Assembly: GCA_040754075.1 (NCBI GenBank)
Contig: JBFMDH010000001.1
Coordinates: 166,262-230,261 of the forward strand
Origin: Acidobacteriota bacterium
GTDB lineage: Bacteria; Acidobacteriota; Blastocatellia; UBA7656
DNA length: 64,000 nucleotides
Reading direction: 5' to 3'
The notes below the pieces were generated by a model. It saw nothing but the letters and a program-made list of their open reading frames with translations, had not been told where the DNA came from and did not search any database. Position 1 is the stretch's first letter, and each line of letters opens with the position of its first letter. Shown here piece by piece: positions 37,942-48,815 of the stretch. Both the position numbers and the translations under genes were made by a program.

Positions 37942-38360
37942 AAATCTATGTTTTAGACACAGATATTTGCGGTTTTGTGCAAAGTTCTCACTCGAATACG
38001 CTTCAACAACTGATGTCACTTCCCGCAGAGGCTGTAGTGGTTACCACAATTATTACTTTCGGAGAAGACTTGAGCGGTTGGCTTCCCGCTTGTCGCCATG
38101 CCAAAGATGGCATAACCCGCAGCAAAGCTTTTGCGCGATTACAGAACGGTTTGAAATTTTACTTGAAGCGTCGCTGCTTACCTTTCGATGATGCGGCGGT
38201 GGTTATTTTTGACAAACTGAAATCGCTTAAACTACATATTGGAAATAATGATTTGAGCATTGCAGCCATTACCCTGGCGGTCGGTGGCATTCTCGTAACT
38301 CGCAATGCCAAAGATTTCCAACGCATCCCTGATTTACCATTGGAAGATTGGACAGTATGA
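37938..38360 (+). CDS. vapC: PIN-domain toxin (VapC family)
   Basis: 140 aa. MKIYVLDTDI (first acidic residue), internal GNNDLSIAA and VTRNAKDF are typical VapC motifs. Confidence 0.8.
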   Translation: MKIYVLDTDICGFVQSSHSNTLQQLMSLPAEAVVVTTIITFGEDLSGWLPACRHAKDGITRSKAFARLQNGLKFYLKRRCLPFDDAAVVIFDKLKSLKLHIGNNDLSIAAITLAVGGILVTRNAKDFQRIPDLPLEDWTV

Positions 38361-39652
38361 TTTCACGATATACACGCCCGCAAATGGGCGCGATTTGGAC
38401 AGAACAGAATCGCTTTCAAAAATGGCTCGATGTGGAAATCGCCGTCTGCGAAGTTCACGCAGAGATGGGCACGATTCCCGAAGCTGCCGTCGCCGAAATC
38501 AAACAGAAAGCGGCTTTTTCGGTTGAGCGTATCAAGGAAATTGAAACCCTCACACGCCACGATGTCATCGCGTTTACCACTGCGCTTGCTGAAAACATCG
38601 GCGAAACTTCACGCTTTGTGCATTACGGACTCACTTCATCGGATGTTGTGGATACGGCAAATGCGCTGCTGCTGCGTGATGCCGCAAAACTCATCCTTGA
38701 TGATTTAGCTCAACTCGGTGAAGCGTTGCGCCGTCGCGCCTTTGAACACAAAGACACCGTGATGATTGGTCGCACGCATGGCATGCACGCGGAACCGACG
38801 ACGTTTGGTTTAGTGCTGGCGCTCTACTTTGCCGACAATCAACGCAACCTCGAACGCCTGCGGCGGGCATTGGAAACCATCAGCTACGGGAAAATATCGG
38901 GCGCGGTCGGCACCTTCGCCAATCTCGACCCCGAAGTTGAAGAGCGCGTCTGCCAGAAACTCGGACTAAATTTCGCGCCGATTTCCACGCAGGTGATTCA
39001 ACGCGACCGCTACGCCGAATTTCTTTCAACGCTTGCCATCATTGCCGCATCAATCGAAAAAATCGCACTGGAAATCCGCCACCTGCAACGCACCGAAGTT
39101 CGCGAAGCGCAGGAGCCATTTTCAAAAGGGCAAAAAGGTTCATCGGCAATGCCGCATAAACGCAACCCGGTGACCTGCGAACAACTCTGCGGCTTATCAA
39201 GAGTGGTTCGCGCCAATGCCGGTGCGGGATTCGAGAATGTCGCGCTGTGGCACGAACGCGATATTTCGCATTCATCGGTCGAGCGCGTGATTCTCGCCGA
39301 TTCATCCATTCTGGTCGATTATATGCTCGCGAAAGCTCATTGGTTGATTGATGGGCTGGTGGTTTTCGATAAGCGTATGCGTTATAACTTTGAATCGCTC
39401 GGCGGCGTGACTGCAAGCGGGCAAATTTTATTGGAACTCACCCGCAAAGGCGTTTCGCGCGAAGATGCTTATGCGATTGTGCAACCGCTGGCGATGCGCG
39501 TCTGGGATGAAGGCGCGAAATTCAATGAACTGGTTTTACAAGATGAGCGTGTGACCGCGAAACTCACACGCGAAGAAATCGAAGCCGTTTTTGATGTCCA
39601 ACATCAATTGCGGAATGTGGAAAAAATTTTTACAAGAGTTTTTTGTCAGTAG
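38357..39652 (+). CDS. purB: adenylosuccinate lyase
   Basis: MISRYTRPQMGAIWTEQNRFQKWLDVE. SSAMPHKRNP signature loop. Start ATG at 38357 overlaps the vapC stop (ATGA). Confidence 0.95.
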   Translation: MISRYTRPQMGAIWTEQNRFQKWLDVEIAVCEVHAEMGTIPEAAVAEIKQKAAFSVERIKEIETLTRHDVIAFTTALAENIGETSRFVHYGLTSSDVVDTANALLLRDAAKLILDDLAQLGEALRRRAFEHKDTVMIGRTHGMHAEPTTFGLVLALYFADNQRNLERLRRALETISYGKISGAVGTFANLDPEVEERVCQKLGLNFAPISTQVIQRDRYAEFLSTLAIIAASIEKIALEIRHLQRTEVREAQEPFSKGQKGSSAMPHKRNPVTCEQLCGLSRVVRANAGAGFENVALWHERDISHSSVERVILADSSILVDYMLAKAHWLIDGLVVFDKRMRYNFESLGGVTASGQILLELTRKGVSREDAYAIVQPLAMRVWDEGAKFNELVLQDERVTAKLTREEIEAVFDVQHQLRNVEKIFTRVFCQ

Positions 39653-39657
39653 CCCGT

Positions 39658-39685
39658 AGTCCGTAGTTGTTTTCAACTAAGGACT
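39658..39685 (+). terminator. 12 bp stem / tttt-loop hairpin right after the purB stop
   Basis: agtccgtagttg-tttt-caactaaggact (11 of 12 pairs). No downstream U-tract, so it may act in processing or stability rather than termination. Confidence 0.4.
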
Positions 39686-39713
39686 CCAGACTCCAGACTC
39701 CAGACTCCAGACT
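39682..39713. repeat. (GACTCCA)4 heptamer array between purB and purS
   Basis: gactccagactccagactccagactccagac. Confidence 0.8.
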
Positions 39714-39722
39714 TCTTGAGAT

Positions 39723-39968
39723 ATGAAAGCAAAAATCTACGTCACCTTGAAACCATCCGTGCTTGACCCGCAGGGCAAAGCGATTCATCACGCCGTTGAA
39801 ACCATCGGCTATTCGGGTATTGCCGATGTTCGACAGGGCAAATATTTTGAAATCACGCTCGATGGCGGGTTGTCTTCCGACGAAGCGCGCGCCCAGATTG
39901 AGCGGATAGCGAAAGATGTGTTGTCGAATCCGGTTATCGAAGATTATCGAGTTGAGTTGGAAACTTAA
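39723..39968 (+). CDS. purS: phosphoribosylformylglycinamidine synthase subunit PurS
   Basis: 81 aa. MKAKIYVTLKPSVLDPQGKAIHHA... is a typical PurS sequence. Confidence 0.92.
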   Translation: MKAKIYVTLKPSVLDPQGKAIHHAVETIGYSGIADVRQGKYFEITLDGGLSSDEARAQIERIAKDVLSNPVIEDYRVELET

Positions 39969-40119
39969 ACATAAGTTTGAGACAATAGCCCTTACCGAAT
40001 CTCGTAAACCGAACGGTAAATCTGAACCGTTTAGAATTTGAGGTCTGAAAGACCTTTAGCCTTCGCGGTCAACCATACTGCGTCTAAACGAATAAAATTT
40101 TTCGGAAGAGGAAGAACGA

Positions 40120-40827
40120 ATGAAATTCGGCGTTGTCGTGTTTCCGGGTTCCAATTGCGACCACGATACCTACCACGTAATCAGCAAAGTCATCGGTCAA
40201 CCGGTCAATTTCATCTGGCATAAAGAAAATTCCATCGGCGAATATGATGCGATCATTCTGCCCGGCGGATTTTCCTATGGCGATTATTTGCGCACCGGCG
40301 CGATTGCCCGTTTCAGTCCGGTGATGGGCGCGGTGAAAGCGTTCGCTGCACAGGGCGGCATCGTGATGGGCATTTGCAATGGCTTTCAGATTCTCTGCGA
40401 AGCCGGGTTACTCCCCGGCGCGTTGATGCGCAATGCCAATCTGAAATTTATTTGCGAACACATCAATATGCGGGTTGAAACGACTGATACACCGTACACG
40501 GCGCTTTGTCAGAAAGGGCAGGTGCTGTCGGTTCCCATCGCGCACGGCGACGGCAATTATTTTTGCGACGCGGCGACTTTGGAAGAACTGAGGCGCGAAA
40601 ACCGCATCATCTTTCGTTATTCGGACGCTAACGGCAATCTCACCGCCGAATCAAATGTGAACGGCTCGCTTGAAAGCATCGCCGGCATCTGCAACCGCGA
40701 ACGTAACGTGCTTGGGTTGATGCCGCACCCCGAACGCGCCAGCGAAGAGATATTAGGCAGCAACGACGGTCGCATCATTTTCCGTTCGCTGGCATACACG
40801 CTTGCCGAACTGGCGAAAGCATCGTAA
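40120..40827 (+). CDS. purQ: phosphoribosylformylglycinamidine synthase subunit PurQ (glutaminase)
   Basis: 235 aa. [25 protein letters not shown] (nucleophile Cys), MPHPER. Confidence 0.95.
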   Translation: MKFGVVVFPGSNCDHDTYHVISKVIGQPVNFIWHKENSIGEYDAIILPGGFSYGDYLRTGAIARFSPVMGAVKAFAAQGGIVMGICNGFQILCEAGLLPGALMRNANLKFICEHINMRVETTDTPYTALCQKGQVLSVPIAHGDGNYFCDAATLEELRRENRIIFRYSDANGNLTAESNVNGSLESIAGICNRERNVLGLMPHPERASEEILGSNDGRIIFRSLAYTLAELAKAS

Positions 40828-40840
40828 AAATAAAGCGATT

Positions 40841-41125
40841 ATGGCAAAAGTTACAGTTAAGGTTAAAAAAGGGAGTGGAACGCAGCCAAGAAAAAAGATA
40901 AGGGAACTTGGCGAACAATTGGATTTGAATGAGAGCCTTAATTCATTGGTTGCTGCCATGCACGACTTTGAAGCCAAATACGGTATGAGTACCCTTGAAT
41001 TTTATGTCCGTTTTGTCGCTGGTAAAATGGGTGACAGCCGTGATTTCATCAAATGGGCAGGTAGTTTTGACCTTTACCAAAATTTATTAAACACACATTT
41101 TCATCAAAATAGTAAAGCAGTTTAA
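40841..41125 (+). CDS. hypothetical small protein, putative antitoxin-like partner of the DUF6516-like gene
   Basis: 94 aa from the ATG at 40841 (MAKVTVKVKKGSG...YGMSTLEFYVRFVAGKMGDSRDFIKWAGSFDLY). Inserted between purQ and purL. Confidence 0.4.
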   Translation: MAKVTVKVKKGSGTQPRKKIRELGEQLDLNESLNSLVAAMHDFEAKYGMSTLEFYVRFVAGKMGDSRDFIKWAGSFDLYQNLLNTHFHQNSKAV

Positions 41126-41209
41126 CCAGATAAAACTCGTTGCTGATGCTTCTCTTGACACTGACCATACACTACTTGCGCAACACACTTGATTAGGAAG
41201 TGAAGAGAG

Positions 41210-41632
41210 ATGAGAAGCATTCTCCAATATTTTGACCGCATTTCAGACATCATAGAATACAGCGAAGCAGAACTTGCTGAAATTGAATTTGAGCAAATCG
41301 ACTCAATTAGCGGAATGATCGATGGGGTCTTGTACTTTCACGACCATTCCCGGTTGGAGTTTACAGAAATCGTTACCATCCAAAAATCGTATGCACATAA
41401 CCGGTTATATCGCTATCAATACATTCAAGCCGAAGAAGCGATTTTTCGATACGACAATGCGCCACATCATCCGGATTTAGTAAACTTTCCGCATCATAAG
41501 CATATAGGTCGAAAAAAGGTTTCATCAACTGAGCCAACTTTGGCGCAAGTTTTAGATGAAATTTCCAAATGGATTAAAGATTCAGCCTTCCCTTTAAAGA
41601 AAGCACGCAAACAGCCACGAACTGGAAAATAA
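41210..41632 (+). CDS. DUF6516-like protein (TumE-type toxin family, tentative)
   Basis: 140 aa. FRYDNAPHHPDLVNFPHHKH motif as I recall it for DUF6516/TumE. Assignment is from memory, not a search. Confidence 0.45.
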   Translation: MRSILQYFDRISDIIEYSEAELAEIEFEQIDSISGMIDGVLYFHDHSRLEFTEIVTIQKSYAHNRLYRYQYIQAEEAIFRYDNAPHHPDLVNFPHHKHIGRKKVSSTEPTLAQVLDEISKWIKDSAFPLKKARKQPRTGK

Positions 41633-41740
41633 ATGAGACTACGAGCGCCTCTAATCCCTCTCGCCTTGATAAAGCCGCGCCTCGTCGGGTAGCATAACGC
41701 TTACCAATTCCACCCTGGAAAGATTTTACGACACACCATT

Positions 41741-44029
41741 ATGAACGAACCGAATATAACCCCTGAACTTATTCATTCCCACGGTATCACTGACGAAGAA
41801 TACGAGCGCATCAAAACGCTTTTGGGGCGCGAACCGAATTTTACCGAACTCGGCATCTTCTCGGTGATGTGGTCGGAACATTGTTCTTATAAATCTTCGC
41901 GGGTTCATCTGAAACGTCTGCCCACCGAAGGCGAATGCGTATTACAAGGACCGGGCGAAAATGCCGGTATCGTTGACATCGGCGGCAATCTGGCTGCCGC
42001 CTTCAAAATCGAATCGCACAACCATCCGTCATTCATTGAACCCTATCAAGGCGCAGCCACAGGCGTCGGCGGCATTCTGCGCGATGTCTTCACGATGGGC
42101 GCGCGACCCGTCGCCGCAATGAACTCTCTGCATTTCGGGCAACTCAACGCTACAGCAGGGGCAAGCGAAGAAGAGCGAAAAACCATTGCGCGCAATCGTT
42201 CGATTCTTTCAGGCGTGGTCAAAGGCATAGGCGATTACGGCAACGCCTTCGGAGTGCCGACCATCGGCGGCGAAGTGCGCTTTGCCGATTGTTATTCGCG
42301 AAATCCGCTTGTCAATGCCTTCACGCTCGGCATCGTCGCGCACGATAAAATTTTTTACGGCACCGCCTCAGGCGTCGGCAATCCCGTCATCTATGTTGGC
42401 GCAAAGACCGGACGCGACGGCATACACGGCGCGACCATGGCTTCGGAAGAATTCGATGAAGCATCGGAAGCCAAACGCCCGACCGTGCAGGTCGGCGACC
42501 CCTTCTTAGAAAAACTGCTGCTGGAAGCCTGCCTTGAAGCCATGCGCGCAGGCGCTATCGTCGGCATACAGGATATGGGCGCGGCGGGACTCACGAGTTC
42601 ATCCTGCGAAATGGGCGCGCGTTCGGGAACCGGCGTCGAAATCGATGTTGACCTGGTGCCGCAACGCGAAACCGGAATGACGGCTTACGAGATGATGCTT
42701 TCGGAATCGCAGGAACGCATGCTGATTGTCGCTAAGTCAGGTCACGAACGCGCCGTCATCGAAATTTTCAAGAAGTGGGAACTCGATGCGGTGGTCATCG
42801 GTCGCGTCACCGACGATCAGATGCTCAGGGTCAAACAGGGCGGCAAAGTGGTTGCCGAAATTCCCAACACCGCGCTCACGGACGAAGCGCCGAAATATAA
42901 CCGACCGATTAAAAAGCCCGATTTTACAGGCGAAATCCCTAGTGTCGAACAAGTCGAAAAGACAGCGGCGGAACTCGATGCCACATTTATGAAAATCATC
43001 GCCTCGCCAAACATCGCTTCAAAAGAGTGGGTCTATCATCAGTACGACCACATGGTTCGCACCAACACTGTGGTGATGCCGGGTTCGGATGCGGCGGTCA
43101 TTCGCGTGAAAGAAAAACGCTGCGGTCTGGCGATGACGTTGGATTCCAATGCGCGTTATTGCGAAGCCGACCCGCGCGAAGGCGCAAAACTCGTGATTGC
43201 CGAAGCCTGTCGCAATCTGGTGGCAAGCGGCGCAAGACCTCTGGCGCTGACCAATTGTTTGAACTTCGCGTCGCCTGAACGCCCGGAAGTGATGTGGCAA
43301 TTTTCCGAAACCATAGACGGAATGCGCGAAGCCTGCGAAGCATTCAATACACCTGTGACCGGCGGCAATGTCAGTTTTTATAATGAAACCGAAGGGCGCG
43401 GCATACATCCAACGCCGGTTATCGGCATGGTTGGCAAAGTTTATGATTTGAAGCAGGTCACGCAGCAATGGTTCAAAGCCGAAGACCGCGCGATTATTCT
43501 ATTTGGCAAAACCGAAAACGATTTGGGCGTCAGTGAATATGCGCTTGCTACACGCGGCAAAGCCGATGGCGCGGTGCCAAAAATCGATTTGCAGTTGGAA
43601 AAACGTTTGCAGGATGCCTGTTTTAAAGCCATCACCGAAGGTTTGGTCGAATCGGCGCATGACCCTTCGGATGGCGGACTTGCGGTGGCGCTTGCCGAGA
43701 GTTGTTTTTCAAGTTACCGGCGCGATGCTATTGGGTGCGAAGTCAACCTTGAAGGCGAACTCTCGCAGGCGGCGTTATTATTTGCCGAAACGCCGTCGCG
43801 CATGGTGCTGGCTGTTGCCGCCGAAAATGTCGAGAAAGTATTGGAAATCGCCCGCGAATACGCTATCGAAGCCACGATCATCGGACGCGCCACCGGCAAA
43901 GCGTTAAAAATTTCCGTCAAGGGTGAACCCATCATCAACCGCAAAGTCTCCGAAGTTGAAGCCATCTGGCGCAATGTCTTGCCGCAAGTGTTAGAGACCG
44001 CTTCGATGATTGCCGCCGAACAACGATGA
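41741..44029 (+). CDS. purL: phosphoribosylformylglycinamidine synthase subunit PurL
   Basis: 762 aa. [37 protein letters not shown]. Confidence 0.96.
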   Translation: MNEPNITPELIHSHGITDEEYERIKTLLGREPNFTELGIFSVMWSEHCSYKSSRVHLKRLPTEGECVLQGPGENAGIVDIGGNLAAAFKIESHNHPSFIEPYQGAATGVGGILRDVFTMGARPVAAMNSLHFGQLNATAGASEEERKTIARNRSILSGVVKGIGDYGNAFGVPTIGGEVRFADCYSRNPLVNAFTLGIVAHDKIFYGTASGVGNPVIYVGAKTGRDGIHGATMASEEFDEASEAKRPTVQVGDPFLEKLLLEACLEAMRAGAIVGIQDMGAAGLTSSSCEMGARSGTGVEIDVDLVPQRETGMTAYEMMLSESQERMLIVAKSGHERAVIEIFKKWELDAVVIGRVTDDQMLRVKQGGKVVAEIPNTALTDEAPKYNRPIKKPDFTGEIPSVEQVEKTAAELDATFMKIIASPNIASKEWVYHQYDHMVRTNTVVMPGSDAAVIRVKEKRCGLAMTLDSNARYCEADPREGAKLVIAEACRNLVASGARPLALTNCLNFASPERPEVMWQFSETIDGMREACEAFNTPVTGGNVSFYNETEGRGIHPTPVIGMVGKVYDLKQVTQQWFKAEDRAIILFGKTENDLGVSEYALATRGKADGAVPKIDLQLEKRLQDACFKAITEGLVESAHDPSDGGLAVALAESCFSSYRRDAIGCEVNLEGELSQAALLFAETPSRMVLAVAAENVEKVLEIAREYAIEATIIGRATGKALKISVKGEPIINRKVSEVEAIWRNVLPQVLETASMIAAEQR

Positions 44030-44124
44030 TTGATATGAAGCGTAGGTAAAACCTCGACTCAAAGTAATAATTTTTCAGCAAGAGACGTTGCCTGAAAGCC
44101 TGAGCAATATGCCGGATTTTAACC

Positions 44125-45075
44125 ATGCAGAATGTTAAGCCGAAATTTTCTGTGAAGTATTGGCGATACGCAATCATCGTTTTATCGGGTTTGAGTTCGC
44201 TGGTGTATGTCTATCCGTTTCGGCAAAACGCCCAGTCAAGCATTGAATACAATCCGGCGGTTCAACTCACTACGCTGGAAAATCGAACCATCAATGAAAG
44301 CAGCGGTATTGCGGCATCACATCGCAACCCGGGAATTCTGTGGACGCATAACGATAGCGGCGATGATGCGTTCGTTTATGCCTTCGATAAAAGCGGAAAA
44401 AATCGCGGGGTTTTCAAAATCACCGATGCCAAAGCGATTGATTGGGAAGACCTCGCCAGTTGGAAAGACCCGAAATCCGGCAAGGCATACCTGTACCTTG
44501 GCGACATCGGCAATAATGCAAAAAAACGCCCGTTTTTAACCATCTATCGCGTCGAAGAACCGAAAATCAGCGAAAGGGATTCAGCTAGCAGCAGACAAAA
44601 TCCCATTCCCACAGCCAAAGCCCAAGCCATCAACCTCAAATACCCGGATGGGAATTTCGACGCCGAAACCTTGATGGTGCATCCGGCGACCGGCGATTTG
44701 TACATCATCACTAAAATAATGGGCGCAGCGGCAAAGGTCTTTAAACTTAAAGCGCCGTTTATGCAGAAAGAAGCGACCCTTGTGCAGGTCGGTGAAGTGC
44801 AGGTTCAAAATCCGATGAAAGGATTTTTTACCGGCGGCGATATTGCGCCTGATGGTCGCCGCGTCGCATTGTGCGATTATCTGAGCGGGTTTGAACTCTC
44901 TTTGCCCGATACAAAAGGCATTGAGTTTGACGAAATCTGGAAACAACCGGTGAAGCTTATTAACCTCGGCGCGCGCAAACAGGGCGAAGCGATTTGTTAT
45001 AGCGCGGATGGCAAATCACTCTTGGCAACCAGTGAAGGCGCGCCTTGCCCGTTGATTGAGATTACGCGCAAATAA
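44125..45075 (+). CDS. hypothetical secreted protein (possible beta-propeller)
   Basis: 316 aa. N-terminal hydrophobic segment YAIIVLSGLSSLVYVY. NESSGIAASHRNPGILWTHNDSGD. No confident family call. Confidence 0.4.
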   Translation: MQNVKPKFSVKYWRYAIIVLSGLSSLVYVYPFRQNAQSSIEYNPAVQLTTLENRTINESSGIAASHRNPGILWTHNDSGDDAFVYAFDKSGKNRGVFKITDAKAIDWEDLASWKDPKSGKAYLYLGDIGNNAKKRPFLTIYRVEEPKISERDSASSRQNPIPTAKAQAINLKYPDGNFDAETLMVHPATGDLYIITKIMGAAAKVFKLKAPFMQKEATLVQVGEVQVQNPMKGFFTGGDIAPDGRRVALCDYLSGFELSLPDTKGIEFDEIWKQPVKLINLGARKQGEAICYSADGKSLLATSEGAPCPLIEITRK

Positions 45076-45103
45076 TTATCAAGATATTAAACCATTCATT
45101 TTT

Positions 45104-45610
45104 ATGACCCTCATACGCAAAGAGCAACCCCAAGACCTTGCCGCTATTTATCAAGTCGTCGAACAGGCGTTCGGGCAAGCCGATGAAGCGAAACTGGTTG
45201 ACCGCTTGCGCGCAAACGGCAAAGCGGTGGTTTCATTGGTTGCCATCAAAGACCGGCGCGTCGTCGGGCATATTCTGTTTAGCGAGGTGACATTCGCTTC
45301 GGCTCTGTGTGATGTGAAAGCCATCGGGCTTGCGCCAATGGCGGTGTTGCCTCAGTTGCAGAATCAAGGCATTGGCTCGCAGTTGGTTAAAGCCGGACTT
45401 GATGAATGCCGCGAGCTTGGTTACGAAGTCGTAGTGGTGCTCGGTCATGCGAAATACTATCCGCGATTCGGGTTTGTGCCTTCGGTGCAATACCACATCA
45501 AAAGCCAATACGCCGTGCCGGATGACCATTTTCTGGTGATGGAACTTCGCCAAGGCGCGCTCAACAAGTGTTCGGGCATTGTGGGCTATCAGCCGGAATT
45601 TAATGAGTGA
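45104..45610 (+). CDS. GNAT family N-acetyltransferase
   Basis: Start at the ATG at 45104. VLPQLQNQGIGSQLVKAGL (acetyl-CoA Q/RxxGxG/A motif) and YYPRFGF tail, typical of YhbS-like GNATs. Confidence 0.8.
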   Translation: MTLIRKEQPQDLAAIYQVVEQAFGQADEAKLVDRLRANGKAVVSLVAIKDRRVVGHILFSEVTFASALCDVKAIGLAPMAVLPQLQNQGIGSQLVKAGLDECRELGYEVVVVLGHAKYYPRFGFVPSVQYHIKSQYAVPDDHFLVMELRQGALNKCSGIVGYQPEFNE

Positions 45611-45806
45611 TAGGGAAGCCCATCGCTAATAATTTCCGTTCAAGCAAAACTCCTATTGCGGCAGCAAACCGGTTGATTTCGTTTGACTAACCTCGACCTT
45701 TGTATGTTCGCCTTTTTCGTTGGTAATGACGCGGCAAAACGATTGCGCGTTGAAATCGGATGAAGCAGAATGGTTGTGTCATCTCTTGAGCAATAGAAGG
45801 AAAACC

Positions 45807-46064
45807 ATGACGCACAAAGTTTCTATAGAGCTACCGGATTCGGCGTTCGCGGCGTTGCGGAAATCGCCCGATGAATTTGTCCGTGAAATGCGACTTGCGG
45901 CAGTCGTCAAATGGTATGAACTCGGCGAACTATCGCAAAGCAAAGCCGCCGAAATTGTCGGGTTGAGTCGCGCCGAATTTATCAATGTGTTGTCACGTTT
46001 TCGCGTCTCGCCGTTGCAATACACAGCGGAAGAATTACAAGAGGAATTAGCCGGTGAAGATTGA
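45807..46064 (+). CDS. UPF0175 family antitoxin-like protein
   Basis: 85 aa. LRLAAVVKWYELGELSQSKAAEIVGLSRAEFINVLSRFRVSP is typical of UPF0175. Overlaps the downstream gene by 11 nt. Confidence 0.7.
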   Translation: MTHKVSIELPDSAFAALRKSPDEFVREMRLAAVVKWYELGELSQSKAAEIVGLSRAEFINVLSRFRVSPLQYTAEELQEELAGED

Positions 46065-46542
46065 GAGCGTCGTCATAAATGCCTCGCTCTTGATCGTGCT
46101 GTTCAAAAGCGGAATGGGAGATTTGCTGCCGCAACTTTTCAGGGAAATTTATATTCCCGAAGCCGTATGGCAGGAAATCATCGCAGGCGGCGCACAGGAT
46201 ACTGCCGCGCAAAATTTATCTTCCGCGACCTGGGCGCAGCGCGTTACGGTTTCCGTGACCAACCCAATTATCACAGCTTGGAATTTAGGAGCAGGCGAAT
46301 CAGAAGTCTTGAGTTATGCTCTTGAAAACCCCGGTTATCGCGCAATGGTTGATGACGCGGCAGCGCGCGCTTGCGCGAAAACTTTAAACATACCGACGCT
46401 TGGCACAGGCGGCGCAATCGTGTTGGCGAAAAACCGCAACTTGATTGATTCCGTTACTCAAGCATTAGAGGCTTTGCAAAACTCAGGATTATGGCTATCT
46501 GAAAACATTATTCGATTGCTCAAGCAACAAGCCGACGAATAA
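46054..46542 (+). CDS. DUF3368-type PIN-like nucleic-acid-binding protein
   Basis: 162 aa. Pattern VINASLLI...LGAGESEV...DDAAAR...LNIPTLGTGG. Canonical partner of UPF0175. Confidence 0.65.
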   Translation: MKIESVVINASLLIVLFKSGMGDLLPQLFREIYIPEAVWQEIIAGGAQDTAAQNLSSATWAQRVTVSVTNPIITAWNLGAGESEVLSYALENPGYRAMVDDAAARACAKTLNIPTLGTGGAIVLAKNRNLIDSVTQALEALQNSGLWLSENIIRLLKQQADE

Positions 46543-46652
46543 CACTTCTATGCTGCGAAAAAACGACAAGGGTTATTGAACAACCGAACCTTTGAAGTTG
46601 AGGCTATACAGTTGATTGCTTGCCAAACTATGTACTAAGAGGCGCAAGTTCA

Positions 46653-47528
46653 ATGAACCGGAAAAAGTTTTTCATACTGGTTGCCGTGTTTTTCACATTA
46701 GGGCTAGCGACCTTTACCGCAGCTTCCTATTTTTTCGCCATGCAGTTCATCTCTCCGGCAAATTGCGCCATCGGCGATGCGCCGCAGGAATTTGCGTTTC
46801 CGATTAAAAACGTATCCTTTACCACCGAGGACGGACTCGCGATTCGCGGCTGGTATGCGCCCGATGAAAAAACGCGCACGGCAATCATTCTGTTGCACGG
46901 GCACAGAGGCAATCGCTGGCAGATGTATGACACCGCGAAGATGCTCAGGCGCGCTGGCTACGGCGTGTTGCTCTATGATGCGCGCGCTACCGGTGAAAGC
47001 GAAGGCAAGGCGATTTCCATCGGTTACTTTGAAACCAAAGATTTAATCGCTGCGGTTCGCTTCTTGCGCGAACAGGGAGTTGAGCGCATCGCCTGTCTTG
47101 GTCAATCACAAGGCGGCGCAACCATTCTGATGGCTGCGGCAAAACTTGACGGTGTAAAATGCGTCATCGCGCAAAGCTCTTATGACACTATCTGCCGGGC
47201 GATTGACCGCCGCTATCGTGAGTATCTGCACATTCCGGGCTGGCTTGGCGGCTCACTCATGAAATTTTTTGCCGAACAAAAACTCGGTATCAGCGCCGAG
47301 CAAATCAGTCCGCTTCGCGAAATCAAGAATCTGCCTTGCCCGGTGTTGATTATCGCGGGAGAAAACGATACCAAAACCTGGGCGAAGGATACGCGGGAAC
47401 TATTCGAGGCGGCAAATGCGCCGAAAGATTTGTGGATGATGGAGGGTGCGGGGCACGAAGACCTCTATGCGTTAAGACCACAGGAATATGAAAAACGGGT
47501 TCTGGAATTTTTGAAAAAGTATTTGTAA
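46653..47528 (+). CDS. alpha/beta hydrolase
   Basis: N-terminal TM/signal segment. LLHGHRGN, nucleophile elbow LGQSQGG, C-terminal GAGHEDL. Confidence 0.8.
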   Translation: MNRKKFFILVAVFFTLGLATFTAASYFFAMQFISPANCAIGDAPQEFAFPIKNVSFTTEDGLAIRGWYAPDEKTRTAIILLHGHRGNRWQMYDTAKMLRRAGYGVLLYDARATGESEGKAISIGYFETKDLIAAVRFLREQGVERIACLGQSQGGATILMAAAKLDGVKCVIAQSSYDTICRAIDRRYREYLHIPGWLGGSLMKFFAEQKLGISAEQISPLREIKNLPCPVLIIAGENDTKTWAKDTRELFEAANAPKDLWMMEGAGHEDLYALRPQEYEKRVLEFLKKYL

Positions 47529-47615
47529 ACGCGCGGTAAATACCCGTCGCTTTCATTCAACACATTCCCTTGCCTCTGATACAATCCTTCGGACAACACC
47601 AGCAAGGAGATTCGC

Positions 47616-48728
47616 ATGAGTAGAGCAAACGGGGCGACTGCTGCGGGTACGCAAAAGTATGTCGAGCGAATGAATGGAACGGCTGCCACCAACCATTTTC
47701 GCAGGCAACAGAATTTGTGCCTGTCTTCCATAGGGCTTGGCACCTATCTCGGTCACTGGGATGACGCAACCGACAAAATGTATGTTGAATCGATCAAACG
47801 CGCCATCGAACTCGGTTGCAATGTGATTGATTCGGCAATCAACTATCGCTTTCAACGCAGCGAACGGGCGATTGGCGCGGCGCTCAAACAGTTATTCGAT
47901 GCGGGCAAAGCCTCGCGGGATGAAATCATTATTGCCACCAAAGGCGGCTATTTTCCTTTCGACGGAGAGCCGCCAACGGATGCTCGCGGCTGGATTATGG
48001 AAAACCTCATCAATACCGGGGCGGCGCAGGTTTCCGACATTGTCGCGGGCAGCCATTGTATGTCGCCAAGCTATCTGGAAAATCAACTCTCGCAGAGTTT
48101 GAAAAACCTCGGTCTTGAAACCATTGATGTTTATTACATTCATAATCCCGAAACCCAGCTTGACGGCGTAAGCCGCAATGAATTTTTAAATCGCCTTCGC
48201 GCCGCTTTTGAATTTCTCGAACAGGCTGTAAGCGATGGTCGGATTCAATTTTATGGCGTGGCGACGTGGAACGGGTTTCGCCAACCGCAACAGGCGCGCG
48301 GCTATCTTTCGCTTGCTGAACTTGTGGAAATCGCCGAAGACCTTGCCGGTGAGGCGCACCATTTTCGGGTCATTCAATTGCCGCACAACTTAGCGATGCC
48401 CGAAGCCTTGACCGCAGATAATCAACCACTTGATGGTGAAACCGTGCCCCCATTGATTGCCGCAGAAAAACTTGGACTAACGGTGATGTGCAGCGCCTCG
48501 ATGATGCAATCGCGGCTTGCGCAAGGTTTGCCGCCGTTTGTTGCCGAGGCGTTTGACAATTTACACACGGACGCGCAACGCGCCATTCAATTCGTGCGTT
48601 CGACGCCCGGGGTGACGACGGCTTTGATTGGTATGAGCCAACGGTCGCACGTTGAAGAAAATTTGATGGTAGCAAAAATGCCACCTGCGCCGATTGAAGA
48701 TTTTATGAAACTCTTTTCGGGGAATTAA
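47616..48728 (+). CDS. aldo/keto reductase
   Basis: 370 aa. GCNVIDSAINYRFQRSERAIG, IDVYYIHNP. AAGGAG Shine-Dalgarno 7 nt upstream. Confidence 0.85.
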   Translation: MSRANGATAAGTQKYVERMNGTAATNHFRRQQNLCLSSIGLGTYLGHWDDATDKMYVESIKRAIELGCNVIDSAINYRFQRSERAIGAALKQLFDAGKASRDEIIIATKGGYFPFDGEPPTDARGWIMENLINTGAAQVSDIVAGSHCMSPSYLENQLSQSLKNLGLETIDVYYIHNPETQLDGVSRNEFLNRLRAAFEFLEQAVSDGRIQFYGVATWNGFRQPQQARGYLSLAELVEIAEDLAGEAHHFRVIQLPHNLAMPEALTADNQPLDGETVPPLIAAEKLGLTVMCSASMMQSRLAQGLPPFVAEAFDNLHTDAQRAIQFVRSTPGVTTALIGMSQRSHVEENLMVAKMPPAPIEDFMKLFSGN

Positions 48729-48815
48729 TCTCCGGTTGAGTTTGATAGAACCGGCATATGCATTTTTAAAGGTCTAAGGGAACGCTATCGGGCATTGGTT
48801 TGAATGCTGATTTTT

